Shown here: positions 1-16,153 of the stretch, piece by piece
How positions within the stretch are numbered: position 1 is the stretch's first letter
How the letters are laid out: every line of letters starts with the position of its first letter
Assembly: GCA_964016885.1 (NCBI GenBank)
Contig: OZ024747.1
Location: 59,520,001 to 59,584,000 of the forward strand
Source: Eledone cirrhosa
Lineage: Eukaryota
Direction: 5' to 3'
DNA: 64,000 bases
Program-made: the position numbers and the translations under genes
The notes under the pieces: generated by a model
The model's database searches: none
What the model saw: the letters and a program-made list of their open reading frames with translations, nothing else
Told to the model about the DNA's origin: nothing

Positions 1-3000
1 CTCACAAATGAAACTGTTCATAGACTCAGGATAGATATGAAATGTACACACACCCTCAACACACACCCTCACAAATAAAACTGTTCATAGATCCAGGATA
101 GATATGAAATGTACACACACCCTTCCAAATAAAACTGTTCATAGACCCAGGATAGATATGAAATGTACACACACCCTTCCAAATAAAACTGTTCATAGAC
201 CCAGGATAGATATGAAATGTACACACACCGTTCCAAATAAAACTGTTCATAGAGCCAGGATAGATATGAAATGTACACACACCCTTCCAAATAAAACTGT
301 TTATTGACCCAGGATAGATATCAAATGTAGACACACACTTCCAAATAAAAATGTTCATAGACCCAGGATAGATATGAAATGTACACACACCCTTCCAAAT
401 AAAACTGTTCATAGACTCATTATGGATATGAAATGTACACACAGCCTTCCAAATAAAACTGTTCATAGACCCAGGAGAGATATGAAATGTACACACACCT
501 TTCCAAATAAAACTGTTTATAGACCCAGGATAGTTATGAAATGTACACACCCTCACAAATAAAACTGTTCATAGACCCAGGATAGATATGAACTGTACAC
601 ACACCCTCACAAATAAAACTGTTCATAGATCCAGGATAGATATGAAATGTACACACACCTTTCCAAATAAAACTGTTCATAGACCCAGGATAGATATTTA
701 ATGTACACACACCCTTCCAAATAAAACTCTTCATAGACCCAGGATAGATATGAAATGTACACACACCCTTCCAAATAAAACTTGTTATAGACCCAGGATA
801 GATATGAAATGTACACACACCCTCACAAATAAACTGTTCATAGACCCAGGATAGATATGAAATGTACACACACACCCTCACAAATAAAACTGTTCATAGA
901 TCCAGGATAGATATGAAATGTACACACACCCTTCCAAATAAAACTGTTCATAGACCCAGGATAGATATGAAATGTACACACACCCTTCCAAATAAAACTG
1001 TTCATAGACCCAGGATAGATATGAAATGTACACACACCCTTCCAAATAAAACTGTTCATAGAGCCAGGATAGATATGAAATGTACACACACCCTTCCAAA
1101 TAAAACTGTTTATAGACCCAGGATAGATATCAAATGTAGACACACCCTTCCAAATAAAACTGTTCATAGACCCAGGATAGATATGAAATGTACACACACC
1201 CTTCCAAATAAAACTGTTCATAGACCCAGGATAGATATGAAATGTACACACACCCTTCCAAATAAAATTGTTTATAGACCCAGGATAGTTATGAAATGTA
1301 CACACACCCTTCCAAGTAAAACTGTTCATAGACCCAGGATAGATATGAAATGTACACACACCCTTCCAAATAAAACTGTTCGTAGACCCAGGATAGATAT
1401 GAAATGTACACACACCCTTCCAAATAAAACTGTTTATAGGCCCAGGATAGATATGAAATGTACACACAACCTCACAAATAAAACTGTTCATAGACCCAGG
1501 ATAGATATGAACTGTACACACACCCTCACAAATAAAACAGTTCATAGACCCAGGATAGATATGAAATGTACACACACCCTCACAAATAAAACTGTTTATA
1601 GACCCAGGATAGTTATGAAATGTACACACACCCTTCCAAATAAAACTGTTCATAGACACCCTTCCAAATAAAACTGTTCATAGAGCCAGGATAGATATGA
1701 AATGTACACACACCCTCACAAATAAAACTGTTTATAGACCCAGGATAGTTATGAAATGTACACACATCCTTCCAAATAAAACTGTTCATAGACCCAGGAT
1801 AGATATGAAATGTACACACACCCTCACAAATAAAACTGTTCATAGACCCAGGATAGATATGAAATGTACACACACCCTCACAAAAGAAACTGTTTATAGA
1901 CCCAGGATAGTTATGAAATGTACACACACCCTTCCAAATAAAACTGTTCATAGACACCCTTCCAAATAAAACTGTTCATAGACCCAGGATAGATATCAAA
2001 TGTACACACACCCTCACAAATAAAACTGTTTATAGACCCAGGATAGTTATGAAATGTACACACACCCTTCCCAAAACTCTGTTTATTGACCCAGGATAGA
2101 TATGAAATGTACACACACCCTCCCAAATAAAACTGTTCATAGACCCAGGATAGATATGAAATGTACACACACCCTTCCAAATAAAACTGTTCATAGACCC
2201 AGGATAGATATGAAATGTACACACACCCTTCCAAATAAAACTGTTCATAGACACCCTTCCAAATAAAACTGTTCATAGACCCAGGATAGATATCAAATGT
2301 ACACACACCCTCACAAATAAAACTGTTTATAGACACAGGATAGATATTTAATGTACACACACCCTTCCAAATAAAACTCTTCATAGACCCAGGATAGATA
2401 TGAAATGTACACACACCCTTCCAAATAAAACTTGTTATAGACCCAGGATAGATATGAAATGTACACACACCCTCACAAATAAAACTGTTCATAGACCCAG
2501 GATAGATATGAAATGTACACACACCCTCACAAATAAAACTGTTCATAGATCCAGGATAGATATGAAATGTACACACACCCTTCCAAATAAAACTGTTCAT
2601 AGACCCAGGATAGATATGAAATGTACACACACCCTTCCAAATAAAACTGTTCATAGACCCAGGATAGATATGAAATGTACACACACCCTTCCAAATAAAA
2701 CTGTTCATAGAGCCAGGATAGATATGAAATGTACACACACCCTTCCAAATAAAACTGTTTATAGACCCAGGATAGATATCAAATGTAGACACACTCTTCC
2801 AAATAAAACTGTTCATAGACCCAGGATAGATATGAAATGTACACACACACTTCCAAATAAAACTGTTCATAGACCCAGGATAGATATGAAATGTACACAC
2901 ACCCTTCCAAATAAAACTGTTTATAGACCCAGGATAGTTATGAAATGTACACACACCCTTCCAAGTAAAACTGTTCATAGACCCAGGATAGATATGAAAT

Positions 3001-6000
3001 GTACACACACCCTTCCAAATAAAACTGTTCGTAGACCCAGGATAGATATGAAATGTACACATACCCTTCCAAATAAAACTGTTTATAGGCCCAGGATAGA
3101 TATGAAATGTACACACACCCTCACAAATAAAACTGTTCATAGACCCAGGATAGATATGAACTGTACACACACCCTCACAAATAAAACTGTTCATAGACCC
3201 AGGATAGATATGAAATGTACACACACCCTCACAAATAAAACTGTTTATAGACCCAGGATAGTTATGAAATGTACACACACCCTTCCAAATAAAACTGTTC
3301 ATAGACACCCTTCCAAATAAAACTGTTCATAGAGCCAGGATAGATATGAAATGTACACACACCCTCACAAATAAAACTCTTTATAGACCCAGGATAGTTA
3401 TGAAATGTACACACACCCTTCCAAATAAAACTGTTCATAAACCCAGGATAGATATGAAATGTACACACACCCTCACAAATAAAACTGTTCATAGACCCAG
3501 GATAGATATGAACTGTACACACACCCTCACAAATAAAACTGTTCATAGACCCAGGATAGATATGAAATGTACACACACCCTCACAAAAAAAACTGTTTAT
3601 AGACCCAGAATAGTTATGAAATGTACACACACCCTTCCAAATAAAACTGTTCATAGACACCCTTCCAAATAAAACTGTTCATAGACCCAGGATAGATATC
3701 AAATGTACACACACCCTCACAAATAAAACTGTTTATAGACCCAGGATAGTTATGAAATGTACACACACCCTTCCCAAAACTCTGTTTATAGACCCAGGAT
3801 AGATATGAAATGTACACACACCCTTCCAAATAAAACTGTTCATAGACCCAGGATAGATATGAAATGTACACACACCCTTCCAAATAAAACTGTTCATAGA
3901 CCCAGGATAGATATGAAATGTACACACACCCTTCCAAATAAAACTGTTCATAGACCCAGGATAGATATGAAATGTACACACACCCTTCCAAATAAAACAG
4001 TTCATAGACCCAGGATAGATATGAAATGTACACACACTCTTCCAAATAAAACTGTTCATAGACCCAGGATAGATATTTAATGTACACACACCCTTCCAAA
4101 TAAAACTGTTCATAGACCCAGGATAGATATGAAATGTACACACAACCTTCCAAATAAAATTGTTTATAGACCCAGGATAGATATGAAATGTACACACACC
4201 CTTCCAAATAAAACTGTTCATAGACCCAGGATAGATATGAAATGTACACACACCCTTCCAAATAAAACTGTTCATAGACACAGGATGGATATGAAATGTA
4301 CACACACCCTTCCAAATAAAACTGTTCATAGAGCCAGGATAGATATGAAATGTACACACACCCTTCCAAATAAAACTGTTCATAGACCCAGGATAGATAT
4401 GAAATGTACACACACCCTTCCAAATAAAACTGTTCATAGACCCAGGATAGATATGAAATGTACACACACCCTTCCAAATAAAACTGTTCATAGACCCAGG
4501 ATAGATATGAAATGTACACACACCCTTCCAAATAAAACTGTTCATAGACCCAGGATAGATATCAAATGTACACACACCCTCACAAATAAAACTGTTTATA
4601 GACCCAGGATACTTATAAAATGTACACACCCTTCCAAATAAAACTGTTTATAGACCCAGGATAGATATCAAATGTACACACACCCTTCCAAATAAAACTG
4701 TTCATAGACCCAGGATAGATATGAAATGTACACACACCCTTCCAAATAAAACTGTTCATAGACACCCTTCCAAATAAAACTGTTCATAGACCCAGGATAG
4801 ATATCAAATGTATACACACCCTTCCAAATAAAACTGTTCATAGACCCAGGATAGATATGAAATGTACACACACCCTTACAAATAAAACTGTTCATAGACC
4901 CAGGATAGATATGAAATGTACACACACTCTTCCAAATAAAACTGTTCATAGACCCAGGATAGATATGAAATGTACACACACCCTTCCAAATAGAACTGTT
5001 CATAGACCCAGGATAGATATGAAATGTACACACAACCTTCCAAATAAAACTGTTTATAGACCCAGGATAGATATGAAATGTACACACACCCTTCCAAATA
5101 AAACTGTTCATAGACCCAGGATAGATATGAAATGTACACAGACCCTTCCAAATAAAACTGTTCATAGACCCTGGATAGATATGAAATGTACACACACCCT
5201 TCCAAATAAAACTGTTCATAGACCCAGGATAGATATGAAATGTACACACACCCTCACAAATAAAACTGTTTATAGACCCAGGATACTTATAAAATGTACA
5301 CACCCTTCCAAATAAAACTGTTCATAGACCCAGGATAGATATGAAATGTACACACAACCTTCCAAATAAAACTGTTTATAGACTCAGGATAGATATGAAA
5401 TGTACACACACCCTTCCAAATAAAACTGTTCATAGACCCAGGATAGATATGAAATGTACACAGACCCTTCCAAATAAAACTGTTCATAGACCCTGGATAG
5501 ATATGAAATGTACACACACTCTTCCAAATAAAACTGTTCATAGACCCAGGATAGATATTTAATGTACACACCCTTCCAAATAAAACTGTTCATCGACCCA
5601 GGATAGATATAAAATGTACACACAACCTTCCAAATAAAACTGTTTATAGACCCAGGATAGATATGAAATGTACACACACCCTTCCAAATATAACTGTTCA
5701 TCGACCCAGGATAGATATGAAATGTACACAGACCCTCACAAATAAAACTGTTCATAGATCCAGGATAGATATGAAATGTACACACACCCTTCCAAATAAA
5801 ACTGTTCATTGACCCAGGATAGCTATGAAATGTACACACACCCGTCCAAATAAAACTGTTCATAGACCCAGGATAGATATGAAATGTACACACACCCTTC
5901 CAAATAAAACTGTTCATAGACCCAGGATAGATATGAAATGTACACACACCCTTCCAAATAAAACTGTTTATAGACCCAGGATAGATATGAAATGTACACA

Positions 6001-9000
6001 CACCCTTCCAAATAAAACTGTTTATAGACCCAGGATAGAAATGAAATGTACACACACCCTTCCAAATAAAACTGTTCATAGACCCAGGATAGATATGAAA
6101 TGTACGCACACCCTCACAAATAAAACTGTTCATAGACCCAGGATAGATATGAGATGTACACACACCCTCACAAATAAAACTGTTCATAGAGCAAAGAAAG
6201 ATATGAAATGTACACACACCCTTCCAAATAAAACCGTTTAGAGACCCAGGATAGATATAAAATGTACACACACCCTTACAAATAAAACTGTTCATAGACC
6301 CAGGATAGATATGAAATGTACACATACCCTTCCAAATAAAACTGTTCATAGACCCAGGATAGATATCAAATGTACACCCACCCTCACAAATAAAACTGTT
6401 TATAGACCCAGGATAGTTATGAAATGTACACACACCCTTCCCAAAACTCTGTTTATAGACCCAGGATAGATATGAAATGTACACACACCCTTCCAAATAA
6501 AACTGTTTATAGACCCAGGATAGATATGAAATGTACACACACCCTTCCAAATAAAACTGTTCATAGACCCAGGATAGATATGAAATGTACACACACCCTC
6601 ACAAATAAAACTGTTCATAGAGCCAGGATAGATATGAAATGTACACACACCCTTCCAAATAAAACTGTTTAGAGACCCAGGATAGATATGACATGTACAC
6701 ACACCCTTCCAAATAAAACTGTTCATAGAGCCAGGATAGATATGAAATGTACACACACCCTCACAAATAAAACTGTTCATAGACCCAGGATAGATATGAA
6801 ATGTACACATACCCTTCCAAATAAAACTGTTCATAGACCCAGGATAGATATCAAATGTACACACACCCTCACAAATAAAACTGTTTATAGACCCAGGATA
6901 GTTATGAAATGTACACACACCCTTCCCAAAACTCTGTTTATAGACCCAAGATAGATATAACATGTACACACACCCTTCCAAATAAAACTGTTCATAGACC
7001 CAGGATAGATATGAAATGTACACACACCCTTCCAAATAAAACTGTTCATAGACCCAGGATAGATATGAAATGTACACACACCCTTCCAAATAAAACTGTT
7101 CATAGACCCAGGATAGATATGAAATGTACACACAACCTTCCAAATAAAACTGTTCATAGACCCAGGATAGATATTTAATGTACACACACCCTTCCAAATA
7201 AAACTGTTCATAGACCCAGGATAGATATGAAATGTACACACAACCTTCCAAATAAAACTGTTTATAGACCCAGGATAGATATGAAATGTACACACACCCT
7301 TCCAAATAAAACTGTTTATAGACCCAGGATAGATATGAAATGTACACAGACCGTCACAAATAAAACTGTTCATAGATCCAGGATAGATATGAAATGTACA
7401 CACACCCTTCCAAATAAAACTGTTCATAGACCCAGGATAGATATGAAATGTACACACACCCTTCCAAATAAAACTGTTCATAGACCCAGGATAGATATGA
7501 AATGTACACACACCCTTCCAAATAAAACTGTTCATAGACCCAGGATAGATATGAAATGTACACACACCCTTCCAAATAAAACTGTTTATAGACCCAGGAT
7601 AGATATGAAATGTACACACACCCTTCCAAATAAAACTATTCATAGACCCAGGATAGATATGAAATGTACGCACACCCTCACAAATAAAACTGTTCATAGA
7701 CCCAGGATAGATATGAAATGTACACACACCCTCACAAATAAAACTGTTCATAGAGCCAGGATAGATATGAAATGTACACACACCCTTCCAAATAAAACTG
7801 TTCATAGACCCAGGATAGATATGAAATGTACACACACCCTTCCAAATAAAACTGTTTATAGACCCAGGATAGTTATGAAATGTACACACACCCTTCCAAG
7901 TAAAACTGTTCATAGACCCAGGATAGATATGAAATGTACACACACCCTTCCAAATAAAACTGTTCGTAGACCCAGGATAGATATGAAATGTACACATACC
8001 CTTCCAAATAAAACTGTTTATAGGACCAGGATAGATATGAAATGTACACACACCCTCACAAAGAAAACTGTTCATAGACCCAGGATAGATATGAACTGTA
8101 CACACACCCTCACAAATAAAACTGTTCATAGACCCAGGATAGATATGAAATGTACACACACCCTCACAAATAAAACTGTTTATAGACCCAGGATAGTTAT
8201 GAAATGTACACACACCCTTCCAAATAAAACTGTTCATAGACACCCTTCCAAATAAAACTGTTCATAGACCCAGGATAGATATCAAATGTACACACACCCT
8301 TCCAAATAAAACTGTTCATAGACCCAGGATAGATATGAAATGTACACACACCCTTCCAAATAAAACTGTTCATAGACCCAGGATAGATATGAAATGTACA
8401 CACACCCTTCCAAATAAAACTGTTCATAGACCCAGGATAGCTATGAAATGTACACACACCCGTCCAAATAAAACTGTTCATAGACCCAGGATAGATATGA
8501 AATGTACACACACCCTTCCAAATAAAACTGTTCATAGACCCAGGATAGATATGAAATGTACACACACCCTTCCAAATAAAACTGTTTATAGACCCAGGAT
8601 AGATATGAAATGTACACACACCCTTCCAAATAAAACTGTTTATAGACCCAGGATAGATATGAAATGTACACACACCCTTCCAAATAAAACTGTTCATAGA
8701 CCCAGGATAGATATTTAATGTACACACACCCTTCCAAATAAAACTGTTCATAGACCCAGGATAGATATGAAATGTACACACAACCTTCCAAATAAAACTG
8801 TTTATAGACCCAGGATAGATATGAAATGTACACACACCCTTCCAAATAAAACTGTTAAATAGACCCAGGATAGATATGAAATGTACACAGACCGTCACAA
8901 ATAAAACTGTTCATAGATCCAGGATAGATATGAAATGTACACACACCCTTCCAAATAAAACTGTTCATAGACCCAGGATAGATATCAAATGTACACCCAC

Positions 9001-12000
9001 CCTCACAAATAAAACTGTTTATAGACCCAGGATAGTTATGAAATGTACACACACCCTTCCCAAAACTCGGTTTATAGACCCAGGATAGATATGAAATGTA
9101 CACACACCCTTCCAAATAAAACTGTTTATAGACCCAGGATAGATATGAAATGTACACACACCCTCACAAATAAAACTGTTCATAGACCCAGGATAGATAT
9201 GAAATGTACACACACCCTCACAAATAAAACTGTTTATAGACCCAGGATAGTTATGAAATGTACACACACCCTTCCAAATAAAACTGTTCATAGACACCCT
9301 TCCAAATAAAACTGTTCATAGAGCCAGGATAGATATGAAATGTACACACACCCTCACAAATAAAACTCTTTATAGACCCAGGATAGTTATGAAATGTACA
9401 CACACCCTTCCAAATAAAACTGTTCATAGAGCCAGGATAGATATGAAATGTACACACACCCTTCCAAATAAAACTGTTTAGAGACCCAGGATAGATATGA
9501 CATGTACACACACCCTTCCAAATAAAACTGTTCATAGAACCAGGATAGATATGAAATGTACACACACCCTCACAAATAAAACTGTTCATAGACCCAGGAT
9601 AGATATGAAATGTACACATACCATTCCAAATAAAACTGTTCATAGACCCAGGATAGATATCAAATGTACACACACCCTCACAAATAAAACTGTTTATAGA
9701 CCCAGGATAGTTATGAAATGTACACACACCCTTCCCAAAACTCTGTTTATAGACGCAGGATAGATATAACATGTACACACACCCTTCCAAATAAAACTGT
9801 TCATAGACCCAGGATAGATATCAAATGTACACACACCCTCACAAATAAAACTGTTTATAGACCCGGGATAGTTATGAAATGTACACACACCCTTCCCAAA
9901 ACTCTGTTTATAGACCCAGGATAGATATCAAATGTACAGACACCCTTCCAAATAAAACTGTTCATAGACCCAGGATAGATATGAAATGTACACACACCCT
10001 TCCAAATAAAACTGTTCATAGACCCAGGATAGATATGAAATGTACACACACCCTTCCAAATAAAACTGTTCATAGACCCAGGATAGATATGAAATGTACA
10101 CACAACCTTCCAAATAAAACTGTTCATAGACCCAGGATAGATATTTAATGTACACACACCCTTCCAAATAAAACTGTTCATAGACCCAGGATAGATATGA
10201 AATGTACACACAACCTTCCAAATAAAACTGTTTATAGACCCAGGATAGATATGAAATGTACACACACCCTTCCAAATAAAACTGATTATAGACCCAGGAT
10301 AGATATGAAATGTACGCACACCCTTCCAAATAAAACTGTTCATAGATCCAGGATAGATATGAAATGTACACACACCCTTCCAAATAAAACTGTTCATAGA
10401 CCCAGGATAGATATGAAATGTACACACACCCTTCCAAATAAAACTGTTCATAGACCCAGGATAGATATGAAATGTACACACACCCTTCCAAATAAAACTG
10501 TTCATAGACCCAGGATAGATATGAAATGTACACACACCCTTCCAAATAAAACTGTTTATAGACCCAGGATAGATATGAAATGTACACACACCCTTCCAAA
10601 TAAAACTATTCATAGACTCAGGATAGATATGAAATGTACGCACACCCTCACAAATAAAACTGTTCATAGACCCAGGATAGATATGAAATGTACACACACC
10701 CTCACAAATAAAACTGTTCATAGAGCCAGGATAGATATGAAATGTACACACACCCTTCCAAATAAAACTGTTTAGAGACCCAGGATAGATATGACATGTA
10801 CACACACCCTTCCAAATAAAACTGTTCATAGAGCCAGGATAGATATGAAATGTACACACACCCTCACAAATAAAACTGTTCATAGACCCAGGATAGATAT
10901 GAAACGTATACATACCCTTCCAAATAAAACTGTTCATAGACCCAGGATAGATATCAAATGTACACACACCCTCACAAATAAAACTGTTTATAGACCCAGG
11001 ATAGATATGAAATGTACACACACCCTTCCAAATAAAACTGTTCATAGACCCAGGATAGATATGAAATGTACACACACCCTTCCAAATAAAACTGTTCATA
11101 GACCCAGGATAGATATGAAATGTACACACAACCTTCCAAATAAAACTGTTCATAGACCCAGGATAGATATTTAATGTACACACACCCTTCCAAATAAAAC
11201 TGTTCATAGACCCAGGATAGATATGAAATGTACACACAACCTTCCAAATAAAACTGTTTATAGACCCAGGATAGATATGAAATGTACACACACCCTTCCA
11301 AATAAAACTGTTAAATAGACCCAGGATAGATATGAAATGTACACAGACCGTCACAAATAAAACTGTTCATAGATCCAGGATAGATATGAAATGTACACAC
11401 ACCCTTCCAAATAAAACTGTTCATAGACCCAGGATAGATATGAAATGTACACACACCCTTCCAAATAAAACTGTTCATAGACCCAGGATAGATATGAAAT
11501 GTACGCACACCCTTCCAAATAAAACTGTTTATAGACCCAGGATAGATATCAAATGTACACACACCCTTCCAAATAAAACTGTTTATAGACCCAGGATAGA
11601 TATCAAATGTACACCCACCCTCACAAATAAAACTATTCATAGACCCAGGATAGATATGAAATGTACGCACACCCTCACAAATAAAACTGTTCATAGACCC
11701 AGGATAGATATGAAATGTACACACACCCTTCCAAATAAAACTGTTCATAGACCCAGGATAGATATGAAATGTACACACACCCTTCCAAATAAAACTGTTC
11801 ATAGACCCAGGATAGATATGAAATGTACACACCCCCTTCCAAATAAAACTGTTCATAGACCCAGGATAGATATGAAATGTACACACACCCTTCCAAATAA
11901 AACTGTTCATAGACCCAGGATAGATATGAAATGTACACACACTCTTCCAAATAAAACTGTTCATAGACCCAGGATAGATATGAAATGTACACACACCCTT

Positions 12001-13610
12001 CTAAATAAAACTGTTCATGGACCCAGGATAGATATGAAATGTACACACAACCTTCCAAATAAAACTGTTTATAGACCCAGGATATATATGAAATGTACAC
12101 ACACCCTTCCAAATAAAACTGTTCATAGACCCAGGATAAATATGAAATGTACACACACCCTTCCAAATAAAACTGCTCATAGACCCAGGATAGATATGAA
12201 ATGTACACACACCCTTCCAAATAAAACTGTTCATAGAGCCAGGATAGATATGAAATGTACGCACACCCTTCCAAATAAAACTGTTTATAGACCCAGGATA
12301 GATATCAAATGTACACACACCCTTCCAAATAAAACTGTTCATAGACCCAGGATAGATATGAAATGTACACACACCCTTCCAAATAAAACTGTTCATAGAC
12401 CCAGGATAGATATGAAATGTACACACCCCCTTCCAAATAAAACTGTTCATAGACCCAGGATAGATATGAAATGTACACACACCCTTCCAAATAAAACTGT
12501 TCATAGACCCAGGATAGATATGAAATGTACACACACTCTTCCAAATAAAACTGTTCATAGACCCAGGATAGATATGAAATGTACACACACCCTTCTAAAT
12601 AAAACTGTTCATAGACCCAGGATAGATATGAAATGTACACACAACCTTCCAAATAAAACTGTTTATAGACCCAGGATATATATGAAATGTACACACACCC
12701 TTCCAAATAAAACTGTTCATAGACCCAGGATAGATATGAAATGTACACACACCCTTCCAAATAAAACTGTTCATAGACCCAGGATAGATATGAAATGTAC
12801 ACACACCCTTCCAAATAAAACTGTTCATAGAGCCAGGATAGATATGAAATGTACGCACACCCTTCCAAATAAAACTGTTTATAGACCCAGGATAGATATC
12901 AAATGTACACACACCCTTCCAAATAAAACTGTTCATAGACCCAGGATAGATATGAAATGTACACACACCCTTCCAAATAAAACTGTTCATAGACCCAGGA
13001 TAGATATCAAATGTACACACACCCTTCCAAATAAAACTGTTTATAGACCCAGGATAGATATGAAATGTACACACACCCTTCCAAATAAAACTGTTCATAG
13101 ACCCAGGATAGATATGAAATGTACACACACTCTTCCAAATAAAACTGTTCATAGACCCAGGATAGATATGAAATGTACACACACCCTTCTAAATAAAACT
13201 GTTCATAGACCCAGGATAGATATGAAATGTACGCACACCCTTCCAAATAAAACTGTTTATAGACCCAGGATAGATATCAAATGTACACACACCCTTCCAA
13301 ATAAAACTGTTCATAGACCCAGGATAGATATGAAATGTACACACACCCTTCCAAATAAAACTGTTCATAGACCCAGGATAGATATGAAATGTACACACAC
13401 CCTTCCAAATAAAACTGTTTATAGACCCAGGATAGATATCAAATGTACACACACCCTTCCAAATAAAACTGTTTATAGACCCAGGATAGATATCAAATGT
13501 ACACACACCCTTCCAAATAAAACTGTTTATAGATCCAGGATAGATATGAAATGTACACACACCCTTCCAAATAAAACTGTTTATAGACCCAGGATAGATA
13601 TGAAATGTAT
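1..13610. repeat. 54-bp tandem satellite (~250 monomers), open at the left window edge
   Basis: Monomer GACCCAGGATAGATATGAAATGTACACACACCCTTCCAAATAAAACTGTTCATA repeated with point variants and occasional 25-bp deleted units; ends at ...GAAATGTATGTCCC. Confidence 0.99.
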
Positions 13611-14114
13611 GTCCCACGTTCAAAGTGCTCATTAATAATTTTAATCATTATTGGCAAATAAGTATATTAAATGGGACCTATGTTTCAGAGAGAGACAGGG
13701 CTCTTTCTAGCATTGTTAACAGGACCATATTCATATGGCTGACTATGGTGAAGCCTAGGGGACAGAGAGGCTGTCAACTGGATGAAAGAATTGAAGTGCT
13801 AGAAAGTTGGGGAAGTGGAAGTTTTCTGAAGCTTATACACACACACACACGTGTGTAAAGCTCAAATTTTCCAACTTAATAAACGCCGAAGAAATACATT
13901 TATAAGGTGTAGGAAGCTCAGATGTAGTTAACTACTATACAATAGCTTATAAAAATCGAGTGAAGACCCTCTAGAGAGGGAGCAATATTCCAGCGAGCGC
14001 TACGATGAATAGACCTCTGTAAGTAGATAATGATGTACTAACAAATAGTATTGAATAAAAGAACTACAACTGGAGGTGAATAAAACCTCTTTGAATATCG
14101 TAGGCCTATACCAA

Positions 14115-14305
14115 CTGACTGGATTTCATAGGGAGCAATGTGGGGCCCCACCAGCAACGGCCGTAGCAATTTATTTGTGCCCTTAGCTGGGCTTTTTAGT
14201 TTTAGGATGGTTAGAATTTTTTTTATTTAATACCTGTATGTATAACTTTTCAATTCCAACTACTTGCGCCAAGCTAACTTTGATATGTAAAATTGGTGTT
14301 TATGG
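14115..14305 (-). mobile_element. Partial copy of the MITE family also at 32350-32645 and 63619-63930
   Basis: TTTTAGTTTTAGGATGGTTAGAAT...TAATACCTGTATGTATAACTTTTCAATTCCAA is the reverse complement of the internal part of 63619-63930. Confidence 0.75.
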
Positions 14306-15164
14306 AATACTCAACCAGTTACACCAGACAATGCAATAGGATACCCAAGACGTTATGGTCCCAAACAGAACATCTTCCAAAACGTCTTTATTCATTCTTG
14401 TTTTGGCGCATCTACAAGCTCTATAGTTTTCCTAAATTATATTTATTCCAATCATTATTTTGAAATAATTGTTTCAACTTTTGGCACATGGCCAGCAATT
14501 TGAAAGGAAGGAGATAGTTGGTTAAATCGATCCCAGTACGTGACTGGTACTTTATTCTATCGACCTAGGCGGGATTTGAACGTAAATAATAATTGTTTCT
14601 AATGATAATATTAGAGAGAGAGAGAGAAAGAGAGAAAGAGAGAGAGAGATCAGTAAAATTCAAACGGAGGGCCCACTAGATGTAAGCTTACTGGTATTGA
14701 ACAGTATCAAACTGATTAAAGCCTGTAAGTTTGCAGGACAGCCGAAACGGAGTGAGCCCTCCGTTTGGGATTGTACTAATTACTATACCAACACTGTACC
14801 TAAATCGGCATCGATTACTACTACTATTTTGATAGGTGGTCTTTCCCGTCTCCATACAGCGAACATTTCATGTATGTATGTGTGAATATATATATATATG
14901 AGGGAGAGAGAGAGAGCGAGGGGTATATTATATTAGAGAGAGAGAGAGAGAGAGAAAGAGAAAGAGAGAGAGAGGGGAGGGGTATATATACATATATATA
15001 TAAAGAGAGAGATAGAGGGGTATATATATCTATATCTAGACTTATATGGACTTAGGAAGACTATTGATCCAAACCAAGGAAATATGAAAAATCCTGTATA
15101 AGCAGTCTTTTCAAAATAACATATTTGAAAGAAAAAAATATTCCCTACTTATCGAAAAGTGTGT

Positions 15165-15330
15165 GTGTGACGTAACTTAGCGGTTCGACAAAGATGAGAT
15201 CGATAAAACAAATACAATACTTGGGGAGGGGGGGGGGGGGAACAGGACTGCTGTGGATATGATCGACTAAACTTCTATAAGGCGGTGCCCCACCATGGCC
15301 ACATATGTAATGACAACTTAAAAAATAAAA
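15165..15330 (+). mobile_element. 3' part of a second octopod SINE family (related decayed copy ~54790-54940)
   Basis: ACTTAGCGGTTCG...GATCGACTAA...AAGGCGGTGCCCCACCATGGCC resembles a common Octopus SINE tail as I recall it; not database-checked. Confidence 0.55.
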
Positions 15331-15759
15331 CAATTATTTTATACTGTCGTCATATTCTTTGGCTAAGACTGATAGTCGATCAACAGGGCTGAATCAACTC
15401 CTTAACCCCTAAGCCTAACAACCCCAAATACAAAACAATAAACGAATTGAAATTTATTGAAGAATCGGACCGGAAAATATTTTGTTTCGGACTGTAATGT
15501 CCGGGGTTCCCGTTGAAGATGGTTACGCAGTTTTAAATGAACATTTTATGGTGGAAAACTCAACATCGTGACCGACGGAAATCCATTTACTGCAGGTATA
15601 AGTGTGTGTGTATGTATGTGTGCGCGCACACACACTATTTACAACACACGCACGCACACCTATTTCCCATTCTATTATTTTTATGTAAACACATACACAC
15701 ACACTACAAAAGTCGTCTCTCTGTTTTCCGTCTTTTGGGGTACTTTGCCCGATTTTCTC

Positions 15760-15793
<34 letters not shown>

Positions 15794-15826
15794 GAGAAAA
15801 TATATATATGCTGTTATAATCGTAAA

Positions 15827-16116
15827 GAGTGGAATCTCGGTTCACGAACTTAATTCGTCCCTGAACGTTCGTCACCCGAAATGTTCGCAAGCCGAAGCTA
15901 TTTTCACTATACGAAATGTTCAATGAGAAAGAGTGTGTATGAAAGACAGATAGATATCACCATAGTAACTAACTACATAGTTAGAAACCCTTTCCCCCCG
16001 ATACTCCGAGCTTGTTTCCAACCGATGTTGCCGGCTTGTGTGTTCGTTACTCTAGACACCGTTCGTGAGCCGAGACGTTTTATGTTCGGAAAAAATTATT
16101 CGCGAGACGAGGTTTC

Positions 16117-16120
<4 letters not shown>
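15827..16120. mobile_element. Tc1/mariner (pogo/Tigger-like) MITE
   Basis: Imperfect TIRs GAGTGGAATCTCGGTTCACGAA / TTCGCGAGACGAGGTTTCACTG; internal GTTCG subrepeats. Confidence 0.7.

Positions 16121-16153
<33 letters not shown>

Noticed and set aside
1-13610. CRISPR-like array
   Set aside because: No unique spacers, no cas genes, and a eukaryotic context.
56-13635. Long ORFs of up to 767 aa with 18-aa repeats (MKCTHTLPNKTVHRPRID and others)
   Set aside because: A 54-bp unit lacking stops in three frames gives ORFs automatically. Frameshifting deletions and stop variants are common, and the spacing does not fit C2H2 zinc fingers (84 bp).
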